Shown: one piece after another, positions 36,483 to 49,322 of the stretch
How positions within the stretch are numbered: position 1 is the first letter of the stretch
Layout of the letters: each line of letters begins with the position of its first letter
Assembly (NCBI GenBank): GCA_013265495.1
Contig: MU057880.1
Span: 1,022,527-1,086,526, forward strand
Direction of reading: 5' to 3'
Length of the DNA: 64,000 nt
Source: Vicugna vicugna
Lineage: Eukaryota
The notes under the pieces: model-generated
What the model was told of the DNA's origin: nothing
Seen by the model: only the letters and a program-made list of their open reading frames with translations
Database searches by the model: none
Made by a program: the position numbers and the translations under genes

Positions 36483-38363
36483 TGAAAATCTCTGTTTAGA
36501 TGTGTCATTTGGCTCTAAATAAAGAAGACTCAATGATTAATGATTTCTGGGTGTCAGGCCTAAACAGGGGGAAAAAAGCACTTTTCCTCTCTCTGTTTAT
36601 GTTCCTCTCAGATGTGGGTGGATTTGCAAACTCACACGCACCAAGCTTTGAAGCACATAGGAAGGAGAGAGCAGAAGAAAGACAATGAATTCTTCATTTG
36701 AATCCCCCTTTTTTTACTTATTTTAAAATTAAGTTTATTTAGTCCTAAATGCCATAGCAAGCTCTTTTCAGATGAAGATTGCATCAGTGAGATAGAAAAG
36801 TTTAAGAAAATGGGATTTAGTGCAAATGTTGGTCGATGTATTTCTAAATAAGTTTTTGAAGGCTTTCTGACCACAATAAATGAAGTGTTAAATGTATCTG
36901 GATACACAGATGCACTGGGAATTTGTCGGGCAGTGGGACCAGGAAATTAATAATTTCAGCAGAGACTGGGTAGCAGTAGGCTCAGAACTGAATTACAACA
37001 CTTGGCAGAGCTCTAGAAATGCAGGGGACAGTCGATGATGGTGACAGCGTGGTGGCACTGGCTCTGTCAGCATGGTGTAAGTTCATACGTAATATTGGTA
37101 TAAGTGCCTCTTGCTTTGAGAGATACTTGGAACTAATTTTTTATGACTACAGTTGTTTACTTTGAATACTCTCATCTCATACAAAAATCACTCATAATAT
37201 AAGAAATTTTGTAAATGATTTTTTTAAAGCACCCTAACTGAAAAATTACTCCAGTGCATAAAAATTCAAATAAATATTAGTGAAAAATTGAAGCAATTGG
37301 GGAAAAATGCTTAATAATTTTAACTGCAACAACAGAAACATTTTTGATGAAGCACTTCAATCGCTTCCTTCTCCTGGAAATCCTTTGAGATCAAGTGGAT
37401 GGAAAAACAGGGAACAGTCACATATGCTGATTGCCAAGTGAGACACAGTACTGAGGGAAAATCAGTGCCTTTCTTTTTTTCTGCCAGAGAACAAATTATT
37501 GTCATTCCCGTATGACTAAATATGTGTACGTGCCTTGAATGCACTTTGTGGGGCTGTGGGAGCTGTCATACACCAGAAGGAAAAAACGGTGCAGACTTTG
37601 TGCAGTGCCCTAGCTTTCTCTTCAACTTAATTGGGTCCCCATGTAATTCAAGGGCCAAAACTAAAAAGCATGAAGCATTTTTACAATGTGGTTTTGAGGA
37701 AACTGCTCTGGTTTCCATATAGTAAGGTGACTACGCTGTGGCTGTCTGTCATCATTTGGTTGGGGGGAGGGGTCATGATTTGACCTGAGTTATGCCCAAG
37801 TCTTGAATCCCTCCATCAGAACTAAAATCTTAAGGGTTTCAATAAACATTTCTGGAAGCTACATTCCTAGTGATTTATCATCAATGGAATAAAACTTAGC
37901 TTTGGCTTTTTAATAGACCTTGCCTGAAACACACAAGCACTTACTATTGCATCTAGGGAAATCATTTTCTGTGGAAAACACCAACTCGGTGAAATTATAA
38001 CCCTCATTCTGTAACAACATTAAATGTTAATGTGGAAAATGTTACCATGGTTACTGTGGAATCAGTGCAGTCACTGCATTAAAGGCAGCTCTGTATACTT
38101 ACGTTCAAAATCAAGGAGGTGAGTGTACTCGGTACGTTTCATTGTTTCTAGTGTTTCTGAATAGCTAAGACTTGGGCAAGCACTAAGAGAAGAGTTCCAC
38201 TGGATTCTACGACTTATATCCAGCCTTTGAGATCCCTTTTATAATCAATGGAAAATGTGCAATATTCCTATTTTCTTGGGTAACTACCCATGGTATCAAA
38301 AATATAGAGGAGGTTTGCTAAGATACTTTGTTAGGAAGTAAGATTAAAAATAAAAAAACAAGG

Positions 38364-38504
38364 AAATATATCCAGAGAAAAATCTAATTTGAAAAGATAC
38401 ACGCACCTCAATGTTCACAACAGCACTATTTATAGTAGCCAAACATGGAAGCAACCTAAATGTTCATTGACAGATGACTGGTTAAAGATACATATACATG
38501 TATC

Positions 38505-38546
<42 letters not shown>

Positions 38547-39030
38547 TATAGAATACTACTCAGCCATAAAAAAGAATGAAATGCCATTTGCAGCAACATG
38601 GATGGATCTAGAGATGATCATACTAAGTGAACTAAGGCAGACAGAGAAAGACAAATACCATATGATATCACTTACATGTGGACCCTAAAAAAAAAATGAC
38701 ACAAACGAACCTATTTACAGAACAGAAACAGACTCACAGACATAGAAAATGGAATTAAGGTTACCAAAGGGGAATGGGTAGATTAAGAGTTTGGGATTAG
38801 CAGATACACACTGCTATATATAAAACAGATAAACAACAAGATCCTGCTGGGCAGCACAGGGAACTATATTCAATACCTTATAATAGCCTATAATGAAAAA
38901 GAATATGTATATATTATAACTGAATCACTATGCTGTGCACCAGAAACTAATATAACACTGTAATCAACTATACGTCAATAAAAAAAAAAGAAAAACCATA
39001 CAAGAAACAAACAAAAAAACCCAACAAAAA
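38364..39030 (+). mobile_element. LINE-1 3' fragment containing a (TG)n microsatellite (about 38506-38544)
   Basis: ORF 38389..38688 has TWKQPKC and EYYSAIKK, followed by 3'UTR and A-tail. Confidence 0.92.
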
Positions 39031-39641
39031 AACCCACAATGGCAAAATTTCCCTATATTTAACCCATTTATTTTATAATTTCTATCTTAAATGCTATCAA
39101 TAACTATTTCAGATATCCAAAAACAAAACAAATAAAAATACCAGTAATAATTGAGGGTTTTTAAATAAATATATGGTATAATTATAGAACTATACACTCA
39201 TATAGATATTCAGTTCAACAGTTTGGAAAGTGAGGTAGATATATATCTGCTAATATAATAAGATATTCAATGCATACCATTAAGCTACAGAAAGTATGTT
39301 GAACAATAGCCTATATAGTTGGATCTTATTTGTGGAAAATAAAGGAATATATAATACTGTGTTTATAAAATTCTGATATATTAACTAGAAACTGTTACCA
39401 GTGGTTGTCTTTGGGAAGTGGGACTAATAATGGCAGGATAAAGGGGAGATTTTTCTCTTCAGTTTATATCCTTAGGAAAATTTGAATTTTTTTTTTCAAA
39501 GTGAGTATTCCCTTAATAATAAAAAATGATCTGGAGCAATTTACAGCTAATTCAAATGCATGAAAATTTGGTTTCTTGGCTACAGATGAAAAAACACTGA
39601 TTTGTAATTTGCTGGTTTTCTTCAGACCTTTAGTGACAGGC

Positions 39642-39852
39642 CAGTGGTTCTCAATCAGGGATGATTTTGTAGCCTAGGGGATATTTGTCAAAGTGCAGAT
39701 ATGTTTTATTATCATGACTTGAGGGGAGCTGCTGGCTTCTTAATAGATCGATTCCAGTGATGCTGCTTGAATATCCCACGATGCACAGGACAGCTCCCCA
39801 GACAAAGACTTATCCATCCTAAAATGTCAACAGGGCCCATGCTGAGAAAGCA
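39642..39852 (+). mobile_element. MER20-like hAT-Charlie DNA transposon
   Basis: cagtggttctcaatcaggggatgattttg...atgcacaggacagctcccc...aaaatgtcaacagggcccatgctgagaaa. Confidence 0.8.
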
Positions 39853-41303
39853 GGGGCGAGGCACTGGGGAAGCACCAATGGGAAACCCCCGTGTCAGCAG
39901 CTTAAACACGTGCTCACTCTCAGGACAGGCAATTCATTCCTTCTGTCGCTGTTTGTCTTCCGGTGGAGATTTTCTAGTTGAATTCATGAGTTCAGGGAAG
40001 TGGATGCACATTACCCGGCAGGGGCACCAGGGCAGCTGCTGTAGCTCTTCAGAGGTTGTGACGCTGTTGTTTTGGCTGATAACTTGGGGAAGGATTTCAG
40101 CCAGTAAACTTGGGGAATGGGCGGTCCTCCGACGCCAGAGGTGATAGTCAAGTTTGCTGTAAGGAATAATTTCTTAGCTACAAGGATTATCAAACAACAG
40201 ACTGGCTTACTAAGACAATCTCTCCAGGTTGTGAAAAAACTGGATAGATAATTTAAGTATGTTCTGCCAAAATTAAAGGAATCAACCCCAAAATATTTTC
40301 AGGCTGTTTGAACTAGTTCCATCAATCTCTGAATAACATCAACAGATGTTTAAAAGAAGCACATTTTAGACTTCAAATTTGATATTTTGAGACGTGCATA
40401 CTCTGAGATACACAAAAATCCTTGAAAAAGTTCAATTGTCTATACCTCAATAAAGCTAGAAAAAAATAGTCCAAAAAAATCCACTGTCCTGACAAAATCC
40501 AAATGCTCAATATCTCTTCATGATGGTTCCTTCGTCCAGCTTCTCATTTTAAATCTTTGGTTAATGTTCTTTCTCATAGCTTGTGCTGGAACATATAAAT
40601 CAGACACTTCGTTTCCCAAGAATGATGGGAACTCTTGGGAATGCTGGGAGTCTCCTTGTCTGAATTTCATGCCACGCTGACTGCAGACCTCACCCAGAAC
40701 TGACCCAAGGACAGAACTGTTTACAGCCCCAAAATGTGCAATGCACACTGATGCCTCCTTCCAATAAAATGGGAGTGGGGGTGGGGGCACTTAATGCCAC
40801 TCAGCAGCGTTTCCCTCTTCCATATGCTCTCCCATCTCCTAGATGAGCACTTCATTCCTTCTCTCCTCAAACCTCCACCCCCCTGAGGCCATCCCAGGAG
40901 CCCCACGGCACCCTACGGACCACCCTTGTGCACTCCGCCTCCTCCGAGCCCTCTGCTCCAGTCCCTCTCCTGAGCTCACCTCCATCCCTCTCACCTGCTC
41001 AGGACAGAGCCAGTGATTCTCCCTCCTATCTCAGCAGCATAAGGTTTTACCTCTTTCTTAGATCGTGCCCAGTAGCCTGAAACAGGCTCTTGTGTCTCCC
41101 TTCTTAAAAACAAGACAAAAGAGAACACATTTCATTCCCCCTGCTAGGTGCCTCCTCATTTCTCAACTCCCCTCTAAAGAGCAAAGCTTGTCAGAAATTG
41201 TATACTGGTGTTCTGATTCAGTTTTGGAGTGTTTACCACTAAACGTTTAGAGCTCTTATGAACACAAGAGTAACTTTCCTTTGTGAATCTTTGTTATCAT
41301 GTT

Positions 41304-41817
41304 TGCAACAGGGAAGAACAAATCTGACACCATATTGGGTGTTTCTTTTACCTGAACCTGTGTATCTATTGCTTTTGCTACAAGTTCATCACTAAAGGGA
41401 TGTGCCTAAAAGCTTAAATTATACATAATGGTCCATTGCTGGGAACCCTGCCTCCCAGGTAATGAGCATTAAGCTAAAATATCTTTGTTGAGCGCACAGG
41501 AAGCATCCTGACCAGGCTGACCCAAGAATGACTGCAGGAAGGAAGAAATGACACATCTCCTCTGGAGTCTGGCTGGAACAAGGAAATGTTTGCAACAACT
41601 TACCACCTTTTTCACTTTACCTCCTCACCTCCTCCTCTTTGATCTATGAAAGAAACTAGCATCCAAATCCAGGCAAGATAGTTCTTGGGACACGAGTCCA
41701 CCATCTTCTGGGTCTGCTGGCTTTCCAAATAAAGTCACTGTTCCTTGTCCCAACACCTTGTCTCTTGATTTATTGACCTGCCCTGCGGTGAGCAGACTGA
41801 GCTTGGACTCAGTAACA
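41304..41817 (+). mobile_element. Solo ERV1-type LTR
   Basis: tgcaacagggaag...gagcttggactcagtaaca, TG/CA ends, AATAAA near 41728, 4-bp TSD tgtt/tgct with one mismatch. Confidence 0.85.
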
Positions 41818-42869
41818 TGCTGGGCAGAACAGTGATGCCTTAGGGCCTTTGAGGCAATGGTGTCCTATAACTTTGACCACAGACTCCTTGGCTTTAAGAG
41901 TTCTGTCAACTATTTATGGTTTTCCCTCCACAGTTCTCTACCAGCTGTCATTCAACTGTCATTAATTTGTCTGCCTCTGTCATGTCAGTGCTGCGATCAC
42001 CATTTCTAATTTATTACTTGAATCTGCTACGACTGAAAATGCAGATGCCCAGACACGACATGACTTCTGTGTAAAGAGGGAACAACTGAGCTATGCGTGT
42101 GGGACTGAAAAAGGACACACTTTCCTTCTTTTCTTAAAATTTAACTTAATTTATTTTATCTGTGAAATTTGAATGTATTTGAATATCCCAGCCTTAATGC
42201 ACAATTAACCCAAGTCCATTCCTTGATTTTGAAAGCCTCACCTAACATGGAGATGGCACTTCATGTTTCATCTGCTCAACATTGATAGGTGTTATTACTG
42301 TTTTTCTGGGATCAGTGGCCTTCAGTTGGGTGAGATGTTATTATCAACATTGTGTAGGGCTTAGTATTCCACTGTCATGAAGGCCCAGCGAGCACTTACT
42401 GGATAAGTGCACTCATTTCCCACCACATGGAACAGCTGAAAGTTCTAAATTTTGTATTCACCCATTTCTAGTGTATGCCTCAAACTACGATGAAGCTCCC
42501 TCCTTGACTTTCCAGCCATCACATTGGATTCCTGCTCCGTGGTGTGACAGCAGCAGTTTACCCATGACACTACTGGTACGGCTGAGATGAAAAGACCCCA
42601 GGTCAAGGGTGGGTGTGCATCTTAACAGCTCACTTCCACCAGCTCTGTCTCAGCCGTGTTCCCTTCTGGATTCTCTCACGTCTGGCTAAGAAGTCTGCAG
42701 TGGCTTCCTTTTCATTACACTTTAGCCTTTCAGGCAAAGCATCCCCAGCTGGCCACAACCTACTTTCTTAAACCTCAGAGTCCATTACATTACACTTTGC
42801 ACTCTGATCAGTCGTTTAGTTCTTTTCTTTTCCTTTCACGTTTTTGGGTATTTACTGTATCAGTCACTA

Positions 42870-43080
42870 GCACTGAGCACTTTACATACCTTATTTCATT
42901 TCATCCTCAGAACAACGCCATTGCTCAGTTAGGAATACCATCACGGTTTTACAGTTTAGAAGGTAAGGCACAGAGGAGTGAATTGCTTGGGGATCCCAGA
43001 ACGAGAAAGTGGCGGGACTGAGAGTCAGACTCTGTCTGATTCTGATTTCAGAACATGTGTTCTTAACCACTCTGCCTCCG
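42870..43080 (-). mobile_element. MIR SINE
   Basis: agcactttacataccttatttcatttcatcctcagaacaac...aggcacagaggagtgaattgcttg...tcttaaccact. Confidence 0.75.
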
Positions 43081-43699
43081 CTAGTCCCCCCATATTGCCC
43101 TGCCTGCGAGCCGCTGAACAATCATTCACACGTCTGCCTCCCTCTCTTGGCTGGTGATAGTGTCCTGCATATTATATTTTCACCTGGGTCTCACCCTTCA
43201 CGGTCAAGATCAATTATACCTTCAGGCGGACACCCTCTCTGACCATGACGCTGCTGGTGCGGCTGAGGAGAACTGCCCCTCTGTTGGAATCTTTCAGCGC
43301 AAGGACGAGATGCTGGCTGCTTTACTGGTGGCTGCTTACTAGCTAGCAAAGTCCAAGAGGCCCATTCAAGTCTGCGGTTGCTGACCCTGAGTGGCTGACG
43401 GCTGACCTGCCCACTGGTTCCCAGCTCACCAGACCGACACGTGGGTGGGACGCTCATCTGTGGCAGGTTAAGAGGAAGCACCGTTCCTCTAGAACTAGGC
43501 AGAGAGGCCGTGGATGCTCGACTGTTTTCCTTCATATTCCTCTCTCCTTTCAGAGAAAATCCCTTTCACGGCTCTCTGGTCCTTACAACTCCTTTTAGGG
43601 ATAAAGGACTCTCTCGCCCCTCTTCCTCCCACACCTGCGATCCTCCCGCAAGGCGGCCTCCTCCCCACTGCGCTCCCGGGTGTGTGGACTCCCCTCATC

Positions 43700-44400
43700 T
43701 TCACTTCTTTCCCCACAGAATCAGCCACTGTCACTTCTTAGTGGCAATGGCCTCCCCCTCTGCCTCTTTCCCACCTGTTCTCCTCACAGCAGCCAGAGGG
43801 ATCGTTCAGAAATAAATTAGATCACAAAAATGTCCCCTCACAGATCTGTGAGCGTCCCGTGGTTCTCAGTATAAAAGCCGAACTTCCTACCCTCCCCTTC
43901 TGCCCTCCCACGAATTGACCCCTCCTATTCGCTGGCTTGGTTTCTTTCCACTTTTCTTGCCTCGCTTAGTTGGGGCCACACCGACTGTCCTGTGGGTGAG
44001 CTACGTGTGGTCTTGCTTGAAGGTTTTCGGGTAGCTGGTTCCACCCACCTGGACGCCTGGATTGTTCTCCCCTGGGGCCCTGGCTGCTTACTCCTCATCA
44101 TTCAGGCCCCCCTTAGACTTCGGATCACTCTGTCTGAAGATTCTTCACAATCCTTGCTGGTTACTATCCTGTGACACTGTCCTTTTTTTTTCTTCTTCAC
44201 AACGCTTTCTACTGTCTGAGACATTTTATTTATTAGTTTACTTCTTCTGGGACTTAAATATCACCGCCAGCGTGTAAATTCCCTTACTGAGGGTGCTTTG
44301 TTATTCTGTCCGCGATTGATTTTCAGTGTCTGTGTTGGTGCTGGGGAATATTGTACGAATTCAAAAAAAAAAATGAGTTCAAGGAAAGAAAGAATGAATA
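43700..44400. mobile_element. LINE-2 3' region remnant
   Basis: ctcacagcagccagagggatc, tactcctcatcattcagg and terminal gaaagaaagaatgaat motifs. Confidence 0.65.
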
Positions 44401-44507
44401 ATTGTCCATGTATCTGAAACATTTAGAATGGTCTGTTATTAAATGGATCTGACTATTTTTCCTTTTAATTCCATTAGTTCCTAGTTCATAGGTTTTTTAA
44501 AAAAAAC

Positions 44508-44822
44508 CTTTTATTGACGTATATACAGTGACAGTGCATCAATTTCTGATGTACAGCACAATGTCCCAGTCATTCATTTACATACATATACTCATTTTCA
44601 TATTCTTTTTCATTAAAGGCTATTACAAGATATTGAATATGTAGTTCTCTGTGCTATACAGAAGAAACTTTTTTTTAATCTACTTTTATATATAATGGCT
44701 AACACTTACAAATCTCAAACAACCAAATCTACCCCTTCCCACTCCCTTACCCCCAATAACCATATGGTTGTTTACTATGTCTGGGAGTCTGTTTCTGTTT
44801 TGCAGCTGAGTTTACACGTGTC
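44508..44822 (-). mobile_element. LINE-1 3'UTR fragment
   Basis: Closely similar to 56547-56862 and to the reverse complement of 49020-49320. Confidence 0.85.
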
Positions 44823-46886
44823 CTCTAGTTTTTACATGGTGGTGCTGTGAAGATCTCTTTAGTAGCCATGGCATGGGACCTGTACGGAGGACTAGCTTTT
44901 CAGTAAAGCTGGTGGTGGAATAATACTGTTTTTACCGCAGCTGTAGTTTGTCATCAAATGACGGTGAAAATCCGAAAGATTGGATTTTAGATTCACAGTC
45001 TAGAATATGCATCTGCATTAACTGCATGAATAAACATTTATTTTCCTAGATTAGCTAGGTTTCTTTAAATTGACATGAGATTAAATTAGCATAAGATTTA
45101 CTTTTCGGGGGAAACAATAAACAAAACTTTGTGCTTTCATGTGCATGGAATTCTTTCCGTCCACCTGTGGAAACCCTATTGCGTACACCAATATTGCAAC
45201 TCCAGAATGTATGTAATTTTCTGACTATGTTATTTCTAGAGTTAGTAGAGTTTCCAAATGTGCATTTAATTTACACCAGAAAGTAATTTATCCAGTGGAA
45301 AGACATCCCTTAGTCCAGCTGAAGGTGAATCACTTTTTTTTTTCATAAATGTATTGAAAGCTATTTTTTTAGTGTTCTGTGACCTGTAGTTAAAACATTT
45401 CTAGTTGTATCAGAAGCTATTAGCATGTTTTTTGACATAATGTGTATAGTATTTGAAAAAGAGCCCACTTTCAGTCATGTATCTCTTTTAGTTCATTACC
45501 TGAGTTAATAATTACCTGTGAGAATGATATAATGTATTCTTACTTTAAAGATCTGGGCAAGCAGTTTCTCTAGATGGTGTGACCACAGTTCTGCACTTTT
45601 AAGGGAGATTACAAATGTGCTGAGGGTTGAAAGTGTCTTGATGCATTTTCAATGGGAATAAACAAATATCTTCGCTTGTATCCACTTGACACGATAGGGA
45701 AGTACAGCTAAATATTTGATAATATATGTCTTGCAAATTCTCAAGAGTTCGTATTTTACTAATGTATGTCGTTCTAATTATTATTTCAAACCCCTAGGCT
45801 TTGTGTTTATAATTCCTGTTTGTCCAATGCCCCATGCTTATAGGATATAACCAAATATACTTCTTTCTTGGTCATTCCTTTTTAACCCTTTCCCACCAAT
45901 ATCAGGCAGTTGGACCGTACTTTATTGCTCAGGGAAGGGAGACCAGAAAAGAACTTTTCTAGAATGGTCAACTGCCAAAAACAGTCAACTGCAAATCCAG
46001 ATGCTTGAGAGACAGAGAGTTTTTTTTTTTAATTTTAATAAGCTTTTTTGAACGCTTGGCTTGAAGATCAAGACCAAAGACTGAAGGACACAGGGCATTG
46101 AGTTTTTCCACAGCCTGTAGAGGAGGTTAAGTGTGTTGCCCTGACCTTGGTGAGAGCTACACGTGAGAACAAAGCATCCTGTCCCATTGGAGTTTCAAGC
46201 TCCCTGGGGGAAAGGAGGAGGTGGGAGTCAACAAGGGTGGGGGCGTTACCCAAGCAAAGGTGATCCTCCTCTTAGATTCTAATACGCAGCCCAAGGGAAG
46301 GGCACGACTCTGGAAGAAGCCTATGCTCTGGTTGGTGCGAGAGGCCGGGTGGCAAAGGGAGAGGTAAGGCAGAAATGGGGGTCTCAGTGAGCCCCAAGTC
46401 TCCCTTGGTCCTTGACAGGGGAGGAAGGACTTCGGGGTTTTCTTAGGCTCGCGGGAGAAGGCTGGCTGGGAGCAGACAGTCCACGGGAAGTAGCCTTATT
46501 GCTTGGGTGGGAAACATGGGTTTTCTGGCCTGGTAGTTGGAGAATGTGAAAGTTTTGCATGCTTAGTAGGTACTGATGCCAACACCCAGAGCAATGAGTG
46601 AAATAATCCATGAGAAGCTGGCAACAGAAGTAAATATTCAGCCCTCTACCTGCCCCTCCACGTGGATGTTTCAGAAGCTGCCTTTGAACTACTGGGCGGA
46701 AGCTATTGGGCGGAACCGGAAAAGGGCAGACCAAGTAAGAATTCTTCAGTGATTGATAATATTTTAAAGAAAAAGTGCCTGATTTTTAAACCAAGCTACT
46801 TGGAATGAGCAAATTTAAATGTCCTGTTATTTTATGTAGAAGTTGTGAACGCTAAGTTTAGTCATAGAAACATAAAATTTTTTTCT

Positions 46887-47810
46887 CTTTCTTTCTTTCT
46901 TTCTTTCGTTCGTTCTTTCTTTCTTTCGTTCTTTCTTTCTTTCTTTCTTTCGTTCGTTCTTTCTTTCTTTCGTTCTTTCTTTCTTTCTTTCTTTCGTTCG
47001 TTCTTTCTTTCTTTCGTTCTTTCTTTCTTTCTTTCTTTCGTTCGTTCTTTCTTTCTTTCGTTCTTTCTTTCTTTCTTTCTTTCGTTCGTTCTTTCTTTCT
47101 TTCGTTCTTTCTTTCTTTCTTTCTTTCGTTCGTTCTTTCTTTCTTTCGTTCTTTCTTTCTTTCTTTCTTTCGTTCGTTCTTTCTTTCTTTCGTTCTTTCT
47201 TTCTTTCTTTCTTTCGTTCGTTCTTTCTTTCTTTCGTTCTTTCTTTCTTTCTTTCTTTCGTTCGTTCTTTCTTTCTTTCGTTCTTTCTTTCTTTCTTTCT
47301 TTCGTTCGTTCTTTCTTTCTTTCGTTCTTTCTTTCTTTCTTTCTTTCGTTCGTTCTTTCTTTCTTTCGTTCTTTCTTTCTTTCTTTCTTTCGTTCGTTCT
47401 TTCTTTCTTTCGTTCTTTCTTTCTTTCTTTCTTTCGTTCGTTCTTTCTTTCTTTCGTTCTTTCTTTCTTTCTTTCTTTCGTTCGTTCTTTCTTTCTTTCG
47501 TTCTTTCTTTCTTTCTTTCTTTCGTTCGTTCTTTCTTTCTTTCGTTCTTTCTTTCTTTCTTTCTTTCGTTCGTTCTTTCTTTCTTTCGTTCTTTCTTTCT
47601 TTCTTTCTTTCGTTCGTTCTTTCTTTCTTTCGTTCTTTCTTTCTTTCTTTCTTTCGTTCGTTCTTTCTTTCTTTCGTTCTTTCTTTCTTTCTTTCTTTCG
47701 TTCGTTCTTTCTTTCTTTCGTTCTTTCTTTCTTTCTTTCTTTCGTTCGTTCTTTCTTTCTTTCGTTCTTTCTTTCTTTCTTTCTTTCGTTCTTTCTTTCT
47801 TTCTTTCTTT
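46887..47810. repeat. Higher-order tetranucleotide repeat, 44-bp unit (CGTT)2(CTTT)3(CGTT)(CTTT)5
   Basis: CGTTCGTT recurs every 44 bp from 46907 to 47743 (20 units). Flanked by (CTTT)5 on the left and CGTT(CTTT)5 on the right. Confidence 0.97.
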
Positions 47811-47850
47811 CCTTCTTCCTGCCTTCCTTTTGTTCTTTCTTTCATCTGAG

Positions 47851-48168
47851 TGTTAAATTAAGAGAACAAGGAGGCCATTATACTGAGGTGGCTCTAAAGC
47901 CAGGCTCAGAGGTAGGCAAACCAAAACCAAAGTCCATCAAGGCCTCAGGGTTATGAAACCCAAGTGCTAAGAGTGACCAATCAGAAACAGCCAACAAGGC
48001 TTCAAGCAATCAACAAAGTCCCATCAACAGTTTCCTCGCTTTGCTTTGGTAACTTTCTCTCTCTGTCTCCCACTCTCCCTTTTCAGGTTTGGAGCTGCCC
48101 AATTCTAATCCATTTTTGCTCAAGTTAACTATTAAAAATTTTAACATGCCCATTTTATTTTTTAATAT
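47851..48168 (+). mobile_element. Probable ERV1-type LTR remnant
   Basis: Starts tgttaaattaag...ggaggccattatactgaggtggctc and contains ccaatcag. Ends in ctcaagttaactattaaaaattttaa-type sequence. Family uncertain. Confidence 0.6.
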
Positions 48169-48711
48169 GAAATGTGTGGCCTAAAAATATGAAAAATTTC
48201 TATGGTATATGCTATGCTATCTGGTTTCGATAGGCTTAATATTAATGATGGAACAGAATTGTTTAAGTGCAGATCTGTGTGACGGTTTGTAACATTTCCT
48301 TCCACCCTCAAACTCTGTGGCAAAGAATGCTGGCTGGCAGTTCTTTTAACCCTCTTCTGTGAACTCCTCCCCCACTGTGTGCTTTCTGCAGGAAAAAAAG
48401 GACAAACTTCTTTTTTTCCTCCTGAAAAAAATTAGTCAGAATAGAAAAGAGACTTTGTGCCCAAGAACAGCAGAGGAGGATATAGCATTAGGGGTGAGGG
48501 CTGAATGATAGGGAAATAAGACGCAGATGGGATCCAGGCAGCCTTGGACCAGAAAGAAATCTGGGGGAAAAGAGGCAAGGCTCCAGGGAATGAAGAATTA
48601 CAGAGAAGAGGAAAGGACATGGGACTTAATAAAATTCCTGTAGATCTGATACAATCAATGGACTGTTCTTTAAACCTTTTCAGAGGCATGGATAAAGGTG
48701 AATGACCTTCA

Positions 48712-49322
48712 TGTATCCAAGGGAACTCTAATTCAAAAAGACACATGCACCCCAATGTTCACAGCAAAACTATTTACAACAGCCAAGATATGGAAGCAAC
48801 CTAAATGTCCATCAACAGATGACTGGATAAAGAAGTTGTGGTATATATATACAATGGAATACTACTCAGCCATAAAAAAGAATAAAATAATGCCATTTGC
48901 AACAACATGGTTGGACCTGAAGATCATTATATTAAGTGAAGTGGGCCAGAAAGGGAAAGAAAAATACCTTATGATCTTACTCATATGTATAATCTAAAAA
49001 GAAGACAAATGAGCTTATGTACAAAACAGAAACAGACCACAGACATGGAAAACAAACTTATGGTTACCCGGCGGGGAAAGGAGGTGGGAAGGCATAAACT
49101 GGGAGTTCAAGATTTGCAGATACTAACTACTATATATAAAACAGATAAACAACAAGTTTCTTCTGTTGAAGAAAGAACTACATTCAATATCTTGTGGTAA
49201 CATATAATGAAGAAGAACATAAAAACGTAGATGTATGTTCATGTACGACTCAACTATTATACTGTACACCAGAAACTGACACAACATTGTAAACTGACTA
49301 GACCACAATAAATTTAAAAAAA
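48712..49322 (+). mobile_element. LINE-1 3' fragment
   Basis: ORF 48698..48997 has DTCTPMF and [15 protein letters not shown]. Degenerate TSD aaaggtgaatgacctt / aaaggtgaaagccctt. Confidence 0.92.

Noticed and set aside
46050..46860. Possible LTR or enhancer with two CACGTG boxes
   Set aside because: No clear termini, TSD or family motif. Hexamers of this kind are expected by chance.
46887..47810. CRISPR-like regular array
   Set aside because: Units are identical, with no unique spacers and no cas genes, in a mammalian context.
46845..47849. 334-aa and 327-aa ORFs on opposite strands
   Set aside because: They are translations of the stop-free CTTT/CGTT repeat, with no evidence of coding function.
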